From Vitrella brassicaformis CCMP3155 (taxonomy: Eukaryota > Protista > Chromerida): DNA of 64,000 nt. The stretch is taken from assembly GCA_001179505.1 (NCBI GenBank), contig CDMY01000305.1, positions 1 to 64,000 of the forward strand, in the 5' to 3' direction. How positions within the stretch are numbered: position 1 is the first letter of the stretch; the number at the start of each line of letters is the position of its first letter. The position numbers and the translations under genes are program-made. The notes below the pieces were generated by a model. The model was not told where the DNA came from, did no database searches, and worked only from the letters and a program-made list of their open reading frames with translations. This document shows, piece after piece, positions 11,878 to 23,625 of the stretch.

Positions 11878-13195
11878 GTCGGGGGCGGGGGCGGGGGGTG
11901 TCTGTGCGTCTGTGGTGGTGTCGATGGGGGCGGGGGGGGCGGGGGGGTCAGGGGGGTCCATCGAAACACCTAACACACGAGACAAAACAAGACACACGCA
12001 CACAAATGGATCTTTTCATGGGTATTGATTGAGCTTCTCCTTTTCTTACTCGACAGTTGGCTATAGCTATCGTCGTCTAAGCAGCTGCTATCGGCCACCT
12101 GGCTCCCACTCTCCTCCTGCTGCTGCTGCTGGTCGGTGATGGCCCTCAGTGTGGACCCGTATGTGTTGATGCTGGTCCGCTGAGTGTCGGCCTCCCATGC
12201 GTCAAATATCTCACGGTCCGTCCACTCGCGGCAGAAGCCGTACACACCGGGCTTACCTGACACACAAACACACACACACACATGACAATGCACTGGCTGC
12301 ATGTGTGTGTGGGATTGGCCGGATGCTTACCCCAAACTGTGCCGCGTTCGCCCAGCCTGTAGCCGCACCCCCGCCCCCGCCCTCCAGATGCTATCTGTGT
12401 GTCTGCGGCTCCTATCTTGCTTTTGAGAGCGTTGATGAGGCCGACAGGCAGGCCGAGCTGCTTCCACTGGTCCGAGGTCAGCTGGCGAAGCGCGTCGGCT
12501 CTGACGATGTGGCATGGTGATGATGATGTGTGTCTGTCTGTCTGTCTGTCTATCTATCTGTGTGGGGTTGTTGCTCACGTGTTGAGCCATTGGCTGCTGA
12601 GTGTGGTGTAGACTTTGATGGCGTCCTCCTCTGTGCGCCCGTGGGCCAACGCACACTCGCCGATCATGGCATACAACTCATGCCTGCATCCATCCATCAC
12701 ATCACCCGCACCACAACACACCACACCCACCACACACCACACACAGCCCACAGCCCACATGCACACACGCTTACACACACCAACGCACCAGGCTGGCCTT
12801 ACTGCTGTGGCTGCAGCTGCAGCTGTGGCATAGAGGACGAAACGATGCGTGTGCCGACCGGCCGATGGCTCTCCATGACGGCCCTGCAGTGAATGCACTC
12901 AGACATGTAGCAGACAGAACAGTCGTTGGGCGGAGATCACTGCATGACGGGCATTGAGGACTGCATGTCAGCCTGACTGTGTGATGGATTTCATTTCTCT
13001 CGTCACCTGTGGATGTGGTTCCCTCAGATCTCTGTGGAGGGATGTGCCATGAGAAGTTGGCAAGGAGCGGCAACAGAGCCCAAGATTAAAAATGCCAAGC
13101 TCGCATTGTGCGATCCTCTCGGGGTCGCCGAGGATGGATATCTTTGGCGTTTGAGCGTTTCTGACGGACGAGAGGGACATGCTCAATCGCCTCAT
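11878..13195 (-). CDS. 5' exons of the PPR gene, with a SAM-like segment
   Basis: The spliced path MRRLSMSLSSVR...PHPQ|GRHGEP...RPAW|HELYAM...QWLNT|ADALRQLTSDQWKQLGLPVGLINALKSK...|GKPGVYG...SQLSS|VSMDPP ends in the exon that also starts the PPR block at 8761. The start codon is uncertain. Confidence 0.7.
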
Positions 13196-13404
13196 GAGCC
13201 AAAATCAACATCAGCTCTGCTTCGTCACCATACTCACCATCAGCGAGTATGGCTGGCGAGTAGTGGTGAGTAGGGAGGCCTCCTGATGGCCAAGCCACAC
13301 TGCCCGCGTCAAGAGGTGAGAAGAATGGAATCAAAAACACAAAAGACAAGACGCACGCCGTCAAAGCTCTCGTGTGCCTGTGTGTTCAGAAGGATGTAGA
13401 TGGG

Positions 13405-15337
13405 ATGTCAGCCCACGGCGATGACGCTGATGCCTCACAGCAGGGCGGGCAGCAGGTGCGCGGATGATGCATTAATGCAGTCACATGTATACAGCTTCTC
13501 GGTTTTGTGTGTTGCTTGCTTTGTGCAACAGTCGTCTGCCTCGCTGCCTCTCTGGGTGGTGCCGCCCGATACGCTCTCGACCATCCTCCTGCCCCTGCTC
13601 GCCACACGATGCATCGTCGGCACACTCTCGCTCGTCCGTAAGGCGTTCCACGCCATCGCCGCAGACCCCTCCAACCACCACACCGTCTTCATCCACAGCC
13701 ACAAGCCCATCCATCTGACACACACGCAGCTCGGCGTGTGGCCTCCTCGACTCAGTCAGACCAAGCGGGCAGTGCTCATCTGTCCGGTGACGGAGAGCGT
13801 CACGAGTCTCATCGAGGGCATGCGGCGCACTCTGGCGTACCTCCATCTGGACGAGCCGGCGTCACAACTGCACCGAACGCCCAGGCTGCTGTCGATGCGC
13901 CAGGGGGCATCGCTGGTGGAGTTTCCGGCGCTTGAGGAGATGCGTGTGGGCGGCGAGTGGGTGCAGGCTGCGCGCCGCAAGAGATGGGCACTCAGGTGAG
14001 CGAACACGCTAAGGAACGACTCACACAGCATAGCGGTTCTCATGGTGTGTGTGCGCCATTTCAGTTCGCTGGTGTCATTGAGCATCCGTAACGGCCCTTT
14101 GAGTGGTCGACGGGGTGACCTCGGTGTGTCGTCGTGGCTGTCATTCGCTTCACGCCTCCGGTCGTTTGAGCTCGACGATGGCGAAGATGACTCTGGCACG
14201 CTGCGGAGCTATGTGCCTGACCTGACAACCCTGAAGACACTGCGGCTCACGAGCAGACGGCCCTGCTTCGGGCGCGCGGGTGCAATGCAGCTGGAGGAGA
14301 TCGACGTCGCCCTGCTTGGTGGCTGGCGGGTACAGTACACACAATCAGACGAGGTGCGTACAATTAACACTCTGCGACATGCAGCACGTGATTCCATCCC
14401 TCTGCTGCTCGCTCTCTCTGTGTGTGTGTGTGTTGTTGATGTGTAGGGCATTGATGAGTTCCGCAAGTCGTGTTTGGCCCCCGGTGCCAAGGAGGACTGG
14501 AGCAGGAGCGACTTGCGCTTCGACGTCCACGTGCTGTGGCAGCGAGACGATGATGCAGCTGCTGACACCACCAAGCTGCTCGCCTCCGTCGCGACTCAAG
14601 TGTACTTCGACACATCCTTGTCTTCTGCCACTGAGACCCACAGTTCCACACTCTCCCGCCTCATCCCATCGCTCGTCTTTTCTCGCGCGCGCTACGTGAT
14701 GGTCGTAGGCGACCCTGCCCGCCCCCGTGCGCCTGAGATTGTCTTGTCGCACGTGCCTCGCCTGTTCCCATGCGTGACACGGGCAGAGGTGATGATGGTG
14801 AACGATTTGGGTGATGCCGTCATGCAGAGAGTGCTGGGGCACCTGCCGATGCTCGAGGCAGTGGTGTTGAATTGGTTAGAGGGCCATGAGGACATTGAAA
14901 TGTGCATGTGGGTGGACCAGACAGAGAAGGAAAGGCCAATCGTCGAGCGCATTCGCCACATCACTGCCCGATTGCGTTTCCACTTCGAGCAAGGCGACAG
15001 AGAGAGGTTCATCGAGGTGACTAGTGTCATTAGAGACGCGATTCGCCAATTGCCTCGTCTCGAGAGGATCGTTGTCGATATCACAGTGGGGGGCGAGGGG
15101 TGGGAGGGGCAGGAAGACATAGTGGCCACATTGCAACAGGACCTGACGTCGCGTCCTGACACGAACGACTTCACTGAGGTGCCGTTTCATCTGTTGCTGC
15201 GTGAGTCTGGTTTTGAGATGGTTGAGCTGCCCCGGCTGGCCTTCGACTGTCGTGTGGAGGTGCGTCGGCTCGGCCTGCCCATCCCATCACAGAAACGCAT
15301 CACTGACTACTTCTCTGCCAGACAGACAGTGAGATAG
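13405..15337 (+). CDS. F-box-like protein with LRR-like body and C-terminal PIP box
   Basis: MSAHGDDADASQQGGQQ|SSASLPLWVVPPDTLSTILLPLLATRCIVGTLSLVRKAFHAIAADP has F-box-like spacing. Downstream exons (ORFs 14042, 14474..15337) end in PSQKRITDYFSARQTVR*. Confidence 0.6.
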
Positions 15338-15829
15338 ACAGGAGGAGGGCGATGGTAGCTGTACAGGCGGTCGGTGGACTTGGGAACGATTGGCTCTGCT
15401 TGTGTGTGGGGAGGTGCTTGTCGATGTGGTCGTCTCCCTGCTCTAGGCCTGGCCTGCATACGATGGGGGCCTATTGCTTGGTGACGCACACGTTGCTGGC
15501 TGACAACCCATGCGCAAGACGCCGGCGGAGTGTGTGTGAATATGATAGCCTGACTGAATGGGATGTGCGTCAGAGACACAGCTAGCTGTCAATGCCATGG
15601 GTGCCTGACCAGTCAATGTGTGCGTGAACATTCAATTCTCACGAATGTTATCATTACTTGAGTGGGCACATCGTCATATACACACAGCAGGTCCTGCCGT
15701 CGAACGACCAGTGCAGTAACCCAGAGCAGCGACAGCCACAACACACACACACACACACACAAGCCCATACAAAGAAAGAATGAGAGAGAGAGAGACGGTC
15801 ATTGTACTGTCGAGCTACCCCGCATGGCA

Positions 15830-17275
15830 TCATCTCCCCATCCCCCTCTCCCGCCACTTCTTTGTGTGCAGACTCTTGCTCGCCAGCAACTCATCCAACA
15901 GCTCCTCATCCGCACCAAAACACCACGCCGTGCTCACCAAAGCGGCCGGATATCTCTTGCCCGCCTTTTGTGAGTATAGCAGAGACATCACCTCCCTGTC
16001 TGCACGGTTGCCCGCCTTGCGTGGCCGTCGGGTGGGCGAAGTAAAGCCGTCTGATTGGGAGGATATGGGGATAGCCACGTGGTCGGATGGAGGGAAGGCA
16101 AACAGAGGCGTCGAGGGAAGTGAGGGGCAGCTGAGGGGCCGGGCAGGGGAGAGCGAGGAGCTGACGGCTTCGCGTTCATCTTTCGGGCCTTCTGGCACCG
16201 GAGCGGGTGTCTCCTGTTGTTGATCTGCATGCTCTGTCTCATCGAAAGGCTTCTTGGGCGTCATGTCCACCCTCCTGGGAATGACCGGCACATTTGCCTC
16301 CCCGTAGACTCCACGCCACCGCTCCTCCTCTCTCGACGGCATGGGTGACGACACAGTGACAGACGGCTGCTCCTCGTGCGTCCGGCGCCTCCCTGCCCGT
16401 GTGGCCTTCACACCGCGAGGAGCATCGATCGGGGGCAGTCTGACGTCCTCTTCCTCTTCTCGTATGGACGTCAAAGCGAAGCAGGCATCGGGGTGGTCAT
16501 CCGAGCATGAGAGCCGCGGAAGATGGGAAGAGTCCTCCGAAGTTGCTTCCGATCGGGCTTTCCTCACTTTGACGGTCCGTCTTGACTGCCGCCGTGACCG
16601 AGCGGGCGAAGAGGATGTTGACGTGGAGGCCGGCAGCGTGTGGCGGGCAATCCACGTCGCCTCGATGGCAGCGGACCAGCCCTGCTCCATTGCAATAGCA
16701 CGGAGGGACGACTGAATGGTGCGCCTGTGGAGGAAAGGAAAGACGGCACGCACCAATCGGCACAGAAGGGAACGAGTCCGTCAGAAGCACGCACCGCCAC
16801 TCACCTCTTGAGAAAGCCCCTATATCTCCTCAGCACGGCGGTCGCTCTCTCCGCAACGTCTTCCGGGTCCACACCCGCCCTTCTCTTGCCCTCGGCCTCG
16901 CGAGCGGAGGAGGCCCCACTGACGGCCGCCGACGCCCTCTTCCCCCTGGGAGTGCTGCTGTGACTGTCCTTCCTCTTTCTTGGCACAGGCGGACTCAACA
17001 AGTGCGGATCGGCCTGGCTGTATCCCTCGCTGCACACCAGGGGCAGGGTCTCGTCGCTATCAGATTGGGGCTCCCAGCTGTTGACGGTCGGGGCAGAGAG
17101 GGGGCGGCAAAATGTTGACGGTAGGATAGGGCTGACGTGTGTGAGGAGAGAAACCAACGTAGCAGCCCCATCGATGGACGGCGGCTCCAGAGCGATGCTC
17201 ACCGCTGGAGAGGACGCCATCTCGCGAGAGGGGGGTTGCGAGCTGAAAGACCGGTTTCGCGAGGGGAGAGCTCAT
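15830..17275 (-). CDS. Uncharacterised Ser/Arg/Pro-rich protein
   Basis: ORFs 15830..16756 and 16801..17220 are separated by intron-like sequence. No domain recognised; start uncertain. Confidence 0.55.
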
Positions 17276-17433
17276 CTCTCTTCGGCGAGGGAGATGCGCA
17301 CCGTCGTCCTTTTATCTCTCTGGAGAAGCGGAGGTTCCGATGATTCGATCTCACTCGGTGTCGTGAGTCAAACCCATTGATCTGTGTCAACCCATTGGTC
17401 TGTCCAAGCTTTCTTGCTATCCCTCCCCGCTCA

Positions 17434-19090
17434 ATGATGCCTTGCGAGGCGAAATCCCCTACTAAGCGAGATGCCGAGATGCAGCCCCACACAGGCGATG
17501 CCGCCCCTCCCCTTCCCATCAAGGACGGCCCATCGGGCACGCGAGATGTGGAGCCCACCAGGCCGTCCACCCATGGCGAGGCAGCGCAGCTGACTTGGGA
17601 CAAAGTGGTGGTGAGGTCTGAGGCGACTGGAGCGGAGGAAAAGACGTTCGTGCCTGCAACGGATACGGTGAGTGAACCAAAGCAACAAGCAGACACCGTC
17701 ATGCATGACGCAACATGACACGTGTCGTGTGTCTGCCTGTGTGTGCCGCCTGTCTTTCTTTCCGCAGGTGGAGTCGTTCCTCAAGACGTGCATGGGGTGG
17801 TACTCGGACGGCTCACCGTCATCTTCGTCTGTGCAGCTGTCCATCCATCGGCCCACCCTCCCCCCTCTCCACTTCACCCTCTCCCTATCCAGCCCCCCGA
17901 ACAAACCCGACGGTCAGGAGGCCGACAGGGACAGCAGCGATACCAAAGCTGCCGCCTCAGACACACCCGGCAAGGACGCGAAAGGCGACAAGCGCGACGA
18001 GGCCGAGGGGAGCAGCTTCAAGAGTGCCCTGAGGCAGCTGCCGCCCCGCGCGCCACCTCCGGAAGAGCCGCCACATCCCGCGTCTCTGCTCCCTCGCCTC
18101 CCCTCTCTGAAGCAGATGTCCTCCAAATCCGCCAGCGAGGACGCCACGGCTCCGAGCACCGACAGCAAGGACACCACCACGACCACCACCATCACCACCA
18201 CCACTACGACGAGAGGAGCCTCCAATGGTTCGTCTGTGTCGCTGTTCCGGGCGCTGGCGCGCACATTGCCGCCCTCGCCCTTGGAGAGGGCCGAGGACAA
18301 GACGCCCAAGAACCGTGGGGGTGGGAAGCGGAGGGAGAAAGGCGATATGAAGGGGGGCAGCAGCAGCGGCAAGGAGAACGGTGCTTCACCGGTCAACAGT
18401 GTCAAGAGCGACGATTCGGGCAAGAGCGGCGGCAGGGCAGCCGGGCGCGCTGCCGCCTCGTCTGCGCCATCGGTGCCCGTTTCTGCGGCCGCCGCCGCCA
18501 CCACATCGGTGTTCTCGAGCCTGCCTTCTCTGTCCACCCGTCCCATTTTTGGAAAAGGTGGAGTGGACAAGGTGGAGAGTACTCCTCCCATTTTCGCCAG
18601 CCCGCCACTCGTCCCCCCTGCTGCCTCGAGCGGGTCGCCATCCCTGTCATCCCTGTCGTCGTGTCTGGTGCTGGGCAGGCAGACCGGCAAGCCCTTCGTC
18701 GTGCCTACACCCGCGCCCCCGTCGCCGCCCTCGCCTTCGCCCGTTCTCCCCGCCGTCCCGACCATCAAGAAGGAGCCCGTCAGCCCTCGCAACCATGACG
18801 GCCCACCTCCGGCTGCGTCTGCATCTGTATCTCCTGCTGCAGCTGCTGCTGCCATGCCCGTCATCAAGACCGAGAAGGGCGAGTCAGCGACCACCACCAC
18901 CACCACCACTACTCCTGACAAGACGGCAAGGGATAGGGAGGGTGGGAATGGTGTGTCGTCGAGGAAGAGGGCGTTGAGCAGTTTGCCGCCGCTGCCGGGC
19001 GACCTCGACACGGACTACTACCTGCAGGTGTATCGTGAGCTGTATGGGGAGCGGGTCAACAAGAAGATCAAGAAGGAGGAAGAGGACTGA
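17434..19090 (+). CDS. Uncharacterised low-complexity Pro/Ser/Ala-rich, probably nuclear protein
   Basis: Exon 1 MMPCEAKSP...PATDT, an intron, then long ORF 17672..19090 ending YYLQVYRELYGERVNKKIKKEEED*; contains IKKE and IKTE motifs. Confidence 0.65.
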
Positions 19091-20449
19091 CTGACTGACT
19101 GACTGGATGGGTCAGACCAGAGAGGCGGATGCATCGCTGGACGGGATGGATGGGTGGAAGGATGTCTAGGTGTCGTTTTGACTGACGGGGGGGAAGGGCG
19201 GTGGGCGGGGCGGGGCGGCTGCATCTGCATAGTGCAGTGCAGCGCCTGTATACATACACACATACACACACATGCGATGCGTCCTCTGTGTGGGTCAAAC
19301 TGGCCTCAGTTTGTTTGTGGCGGCAGAGAGACGAGACGGACCGGACAGGCGTGATTGATATCAATCAATGCGCAACTGTTTTTTCCGAGAGAGGGCTCTG
19401 TCGCGGACCGGCACGTGTGTGTGTGTGTGCCTTCCTTGTGCGGATCGGCACGTTATGTGTGTGTTTTGTCTTTTTTCAACTCGGACGCCCATGCCATGTA
19501 TGCCTGAGGGGGGGAGAGGTCCTCATGGCTCCATGTCTCGACGTCATGAGTTGCTCCTCCTTTCTGTTCACGTGCCTCTCTTTACTGATGCATCTGTCGA
19601 TCCCCCCTCCGCCCCCCCTCCCTGATGCCTGCGTCCTCCTTGCCGTGACCTCGTGATGTACATATGGCGTGTGCCTGTTGTGTGTGTCGATATCACGCAA
19701 ACGCGCACTGCCCCCCCCCCACCCCGCGGCTTTTATTATGTTTGCCGCGACATCTCTTTTTTCTTTTTCCCGACAGGGTTCCCCGTGCTATTCCCGCTCA
19801 AAGCCTCGTGATTTTTCCTCCTACACGCGTTTATGTGAAGTTGTGTGCACCACACGTGTATGCGTATGTGTGTATGTATCCTCGCCTCGCTTGGTGGGCA
19901 GAGGAGAGTTTGAATGCGCGTCTGTGTGTCCGTCGTCCGTTCCGTGTGTCTGTGTGTCTTTTTGCGTGCCCCTGCTGGCGCCATGACTGACTGACTGACT
20001 GATTGTCTGAGTGGATGGTCTTTTATTCAGACAGACTTGCATGAAGCTATGCATCAACCAACCAACCAGTTTTGAAATGTCCTCAACGTGCCGCGAGGCC
20101 AGCCAACTTGACAGACACGTCACCATATATCCCCTGAATGGCAGGGCAGGCACACGCTGTCAACGGACGGCACCCGACGGTGTTTGTATCAAGCAAAGCA
20201 AGCAACACATGTACCACATGAATGTCAGTCAACCGAGCGCGGCAAAATATAAAATTATACATAGCTGTGGCCCCCACAACAGTCGGTCAGCCTGAGCCCG
20301 ACTCTGGTTGGTGACTGAACGCAGTGCCTTGTGCAGGGTCCTCTTCTCTCAGTGTCTTCACCCAATCGGAACACCTGCCCACAGCACAGCACAGCACAGC
20401 AGTTTCGAGAGAGACACGCTTCTCCCAGAGGAAATGAGTTCACATGTTG

Positions 20450-21769
20450 TCATCTCCCATGAATATACCTTTCGATCAAGACCTCAGCAATGGATGCCTT
20501 CAGGAAATCGTCGCCATGCTGTCTCAGCATCACGCCCTCAGCACGAGTGGCCACCACGTCCAGCAGGTGGTCGCGGATGAAGCACGGCAAGGCCACCTGG
20601 TCCATCATACGGGCCGCCTCTTCCGCGGACTTTCTCTCCTTCTCCCGGCTGCCCTCTCTCCCCAGATCGCTCAGAGCCTCGTCGACAAGCTCCTGCACGA
20701 GGTTTCCAGTGACGTCGGCCATATACGCGTCGCCGATCCGTGTCACTGCATGATCGAAATGCGCCTCATTGAGGGTCTCTTGTGCTATCTCCTTGATCCA
20801 CGGCTGCATCACCCGGTCCAGGAATCTGTCCGCCCTGCTGCGCCATACGTATTCGTCGCTGATGTCGCGCACGGCCTCTTGGCATATGCGGCGCACTTCA
20901 TTGTTCAGAAAGCCGTCGAGGACGGAGTCTGCCATGAGCTCGATGGCGGTGCGAGGCGCCTCGAGTGCACGCTGTCTTCTCAGGTGGCGATCGGCGGCTT
21001 CGATGGCCATAGCCAGACGGACGGCCTGATCGATCAAATATCGGCATGTGCACGTCTGTGTCTCAGACAAGCTCAAGCTCACCTCGTAAAGATACTCCGT
21101 GACAACGTGATCGATGATCTTGTTGGCGGTGAGCTGCAGTCCCCACTCCCTGGCTTCCTCCTCCGTCTGGGCCTCAAACAGGTCCTCCAGCACGCCAACC
21201 AACACGTCGTCACACTCCTCAGTCACCACCTGATCCACAATGGACATCATCGCCTCATAAGCCCTCCCAAGCATCCTCAGCGCGTCCGGCAACACACTCT
21301 TCCGCACCACATATCCCCTCCACATGCGCTGTATCGTCTTGGCAGCCACACGGTGCTTCCTCACGCCCAGCTTGGCCGTGCTCTTCCTCGACCCCCTCTC
21401 GCTCGCGCCGTCCTCCGTCCGTGCAGAAGGGGGCCATCCGCCTCTGGCCGTCCTCTCGTCCCTGTCCGTCGGCACGATGGATGCGAGGCTCGATATGAGC
21501 GGGCCGGCAAGAGGGCTGAGAGCCCCACTAGCGAGCAGAGGCGGGAGAGGCGGGACCTCAGTTGCGTCCACGGGCTCCGTCTGTGCGTAGGAAGAGGGCC
21601 GGGGCGGCAGTGTCGGGCGCGGCCTCGTGGCTGCCAGGGGGTGCTTGGATGGGAAGAAATCCATGGTTAAGGTGGGTGGAGCAGCAGGTGGCATGGTGTG
21701 GCGCGAGAGAGGGGTGGATGGCATTGCGTCGAAGAGTGAGCGGCGAGATGGGGTCGACGGATCATCCAT
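20450..21769 (-). CDS. Intronless IQ-motif protein with helical repeats
   Basis: Continuous ORF; IQ motif IQRMWRGYVVR at 21302..21334; first ATG (MDDPSTP) at 21769. Confidence 0.8.
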   Translation of the reverse strand: MDDPSTPSRRSLFDAMPSTPLSRHTMPPAAPPTLTMDFFPSKHPLAATRPRPTLPPRPSSYAQTEPVDATEVPPLPPLLASGALSPLAGPLISSLASIVPTDRDERTARGGWPPSARTEDGASERGSRKSTAKLGVRKHRVAAKTIQRMWRGYVVRKSVLPDALRMLGRAYEAMMSIVDQVVTEECDDVLVGVLEDLFEAQTEEEAREWGLQLTANKIIDHVVTEYLYEVSLSLSETQTCTCRYLIDQAVRLAMAIEAADRHLRRQRALEAPRTAIELMADSVLDGFLNNEVRRICQEAVRDISDEYVWRSRADRFLDRVMQPWIKEIAQETLNEAHFDHAVTRIGDAYMADVTGNLVQELVDEALSDLGREGSREKERKSAEEAARMMDQVALPCFIRDHLLDVVATRAEGVMLRQHGDDFLKASIAEVLIERYIHGR

Positions 21770-21859
21770 CTCAACGACGCTGGGCCGCCAACTCAACCGT
21801 CGTTTTCGAGTTAGGGAAGGGCGCCAAACACTCGGGATCAGTTGCACACGGCGTGAACG

Positions 21860-23625
21860 ATGGACGACTGTTTTTCTCAGAATCCATGGCAGATGCAGAT
21901 GCAGCAGGCGCCGTTGAAGATCGAAGGCGTGCTGCCCAAGAAACGCAAGCAGTCTGGAGATGACCTCCAGCCGCCAGCACCCGGCCCATCACACGACGAC
22001 CAAAGCCACCAGCACAGGCCAAGCGGTCATGAGGATGCTCCTGTTGCCGCCTCTCGTCCATCCGCCGACCAGGCGTCAGTGCAGAAGGGCGGTGCTGCGT
22101 GTGCTGTGGGAGGTGTTGTGGTCAAGCAAGAGCCGGGAGTGGGCGGCTCTCCGGCGGCGTCAACAGCGGACGACCACAAGGGGAAGATGGTGGCAGCTTG
22201 CAAGACTCCTCCGAGGACACCAGGTGTGTGACGCAGAGAGCCCTGACTGGCCGCATGGCTGGATGGATGGCCGGTCCGCGCATCGCATCATGCAATGCAC
22301 ATGCAGGTCAGGAGATCACGGCCACAGATGCGGTGAGTGTGAGTGTGAGTGTGCGATAACTAACGGGCTGCCCATGCACACCTGCATACTCTGGGTGTTC
22401 GAGCTGTGCAGGAGTTGGCTCGTTTCGGTGTGGTCGAGTCGGAGGGCTTCCTGCCTAACGAATTAGTGGTGGTCCCAAGAAGCGGCAACCGCCTGTGCTA
22501 CGCAAGGTTCATCGATGCAGAGTGAGTGAGCAAAACCATTTGCAGAGGCTTTCATTCATTCAGCTATCCACTGACTACTGTGTCCTGTGTGCCATCAGCA
22601 AGGACCTGGGGATGGTCAAGGTGTATCTGTGCCCTCCCAACGACGGAGCGCAGCAGCAGAAAGAGCTGCCAGGTGACCAAACGCGTCCGCACCCACACAC
22701 ACATGGATGGTTCGATGGAGTCGACGCATTGCTCCCTGGACGGACGGATGTGGTGTGTGCAGGCGTGTTAGTTGGGAAGCTGCCCCCTCTGGTAATCATG
22801 GCGGACAGGAAGGAACCAGAAGGCGGCTACGCTGACTGTGTCCGCTCTTGTGTGGTGGCTGCAGAGGCAGTGCAAAGGCGAGAGCGTCCACACAAAGGTA
22901 ACCGAGACCGCAGCAGACACACACACACGTCCCTGCAAAGCCCCTCCTACCCTGCTGTTCGTGTCAGGCGGATCGTGCCAGGGACACCATCAGTTCGCTT
23001 CATTCGTTTCTGAAGCAGCACCTGCCTTCTCCGGAGGTCATGACGGCCGCGGCAAAGGCCATCGGGAAGCAGACCAGCACCACCAACAAGGAGGGGGCAG
23101 CGCCTGCAGTAACTAAACCACAGATTCTCTCACGTCACATGTGCTATCTATAACTCCAGTGACTGACGCCTGTGTATGTGTGTGCCTTGCCTTGTCAGTT
23201 GAGCTCAAGTGTCCTCGAGCACTCACTGTCGCTGCTCGTCCACCAGGTAGGCGCTGTGTGCTGTCTGTCTCCTCCTCTGCTGTGTACCCACCATGTCTGT
23301 CTGCCCGTGTGTCTGTGTGTCTGTGCGTCCAGGCGTCCCTACTGCACTCTTATGCATCCGCCGCATCCAGTGCCACTATGCCGGCAGAGCTGCCGCCGCC
23401 ACCGACTGGCGATATCAAGGCAGAGGCAGCAACAGCAACAGGCACGAGCCAAGACGAGGTAGCGCAACACACGCCAATAGCTCCAGAGAGGACAACAGGG
23501 AAGCCGCCTGCCCATTTGCTTTGATTTGCTTGCAGGATGTGGCCGCGTTGAGGAAGGCGTTGCGCGACGAGAGGGCTGCCCACGTCAAGTCTGCGAGAGC
23601 CGCACTCAGCACTGCAGCTGTTTGA
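21860..23625 (+). CDS. Uncharacterised multi-exon protein
   Basis: ORF 21860..22231 (PKKRKQ NLS-like, VKQEP) plus later exons DLGMVKVYLCPPND, GKLPPLVIMADRKEPEGGYAD and DVAALRKALRDERAAHVKSARAALSTAAV*. Confidence 0.55.

Noticed and set aside
17914-19011. Long antisense ORFs (also 20444..21670 +, 24733..25470 +, 29886..31277 +, 56821..57789 +)
   Set aside because: They are shadows of GC-rich coding sequence on the opposite strand, with no recognisable motifs.
19690-19860. U-rich intergenic stretch considered as an snRNA or snoRNA
   Set aside because: No convincing Sm site in a stem-loop context and no box C/D or H/ACA pairing could be supported by eye.
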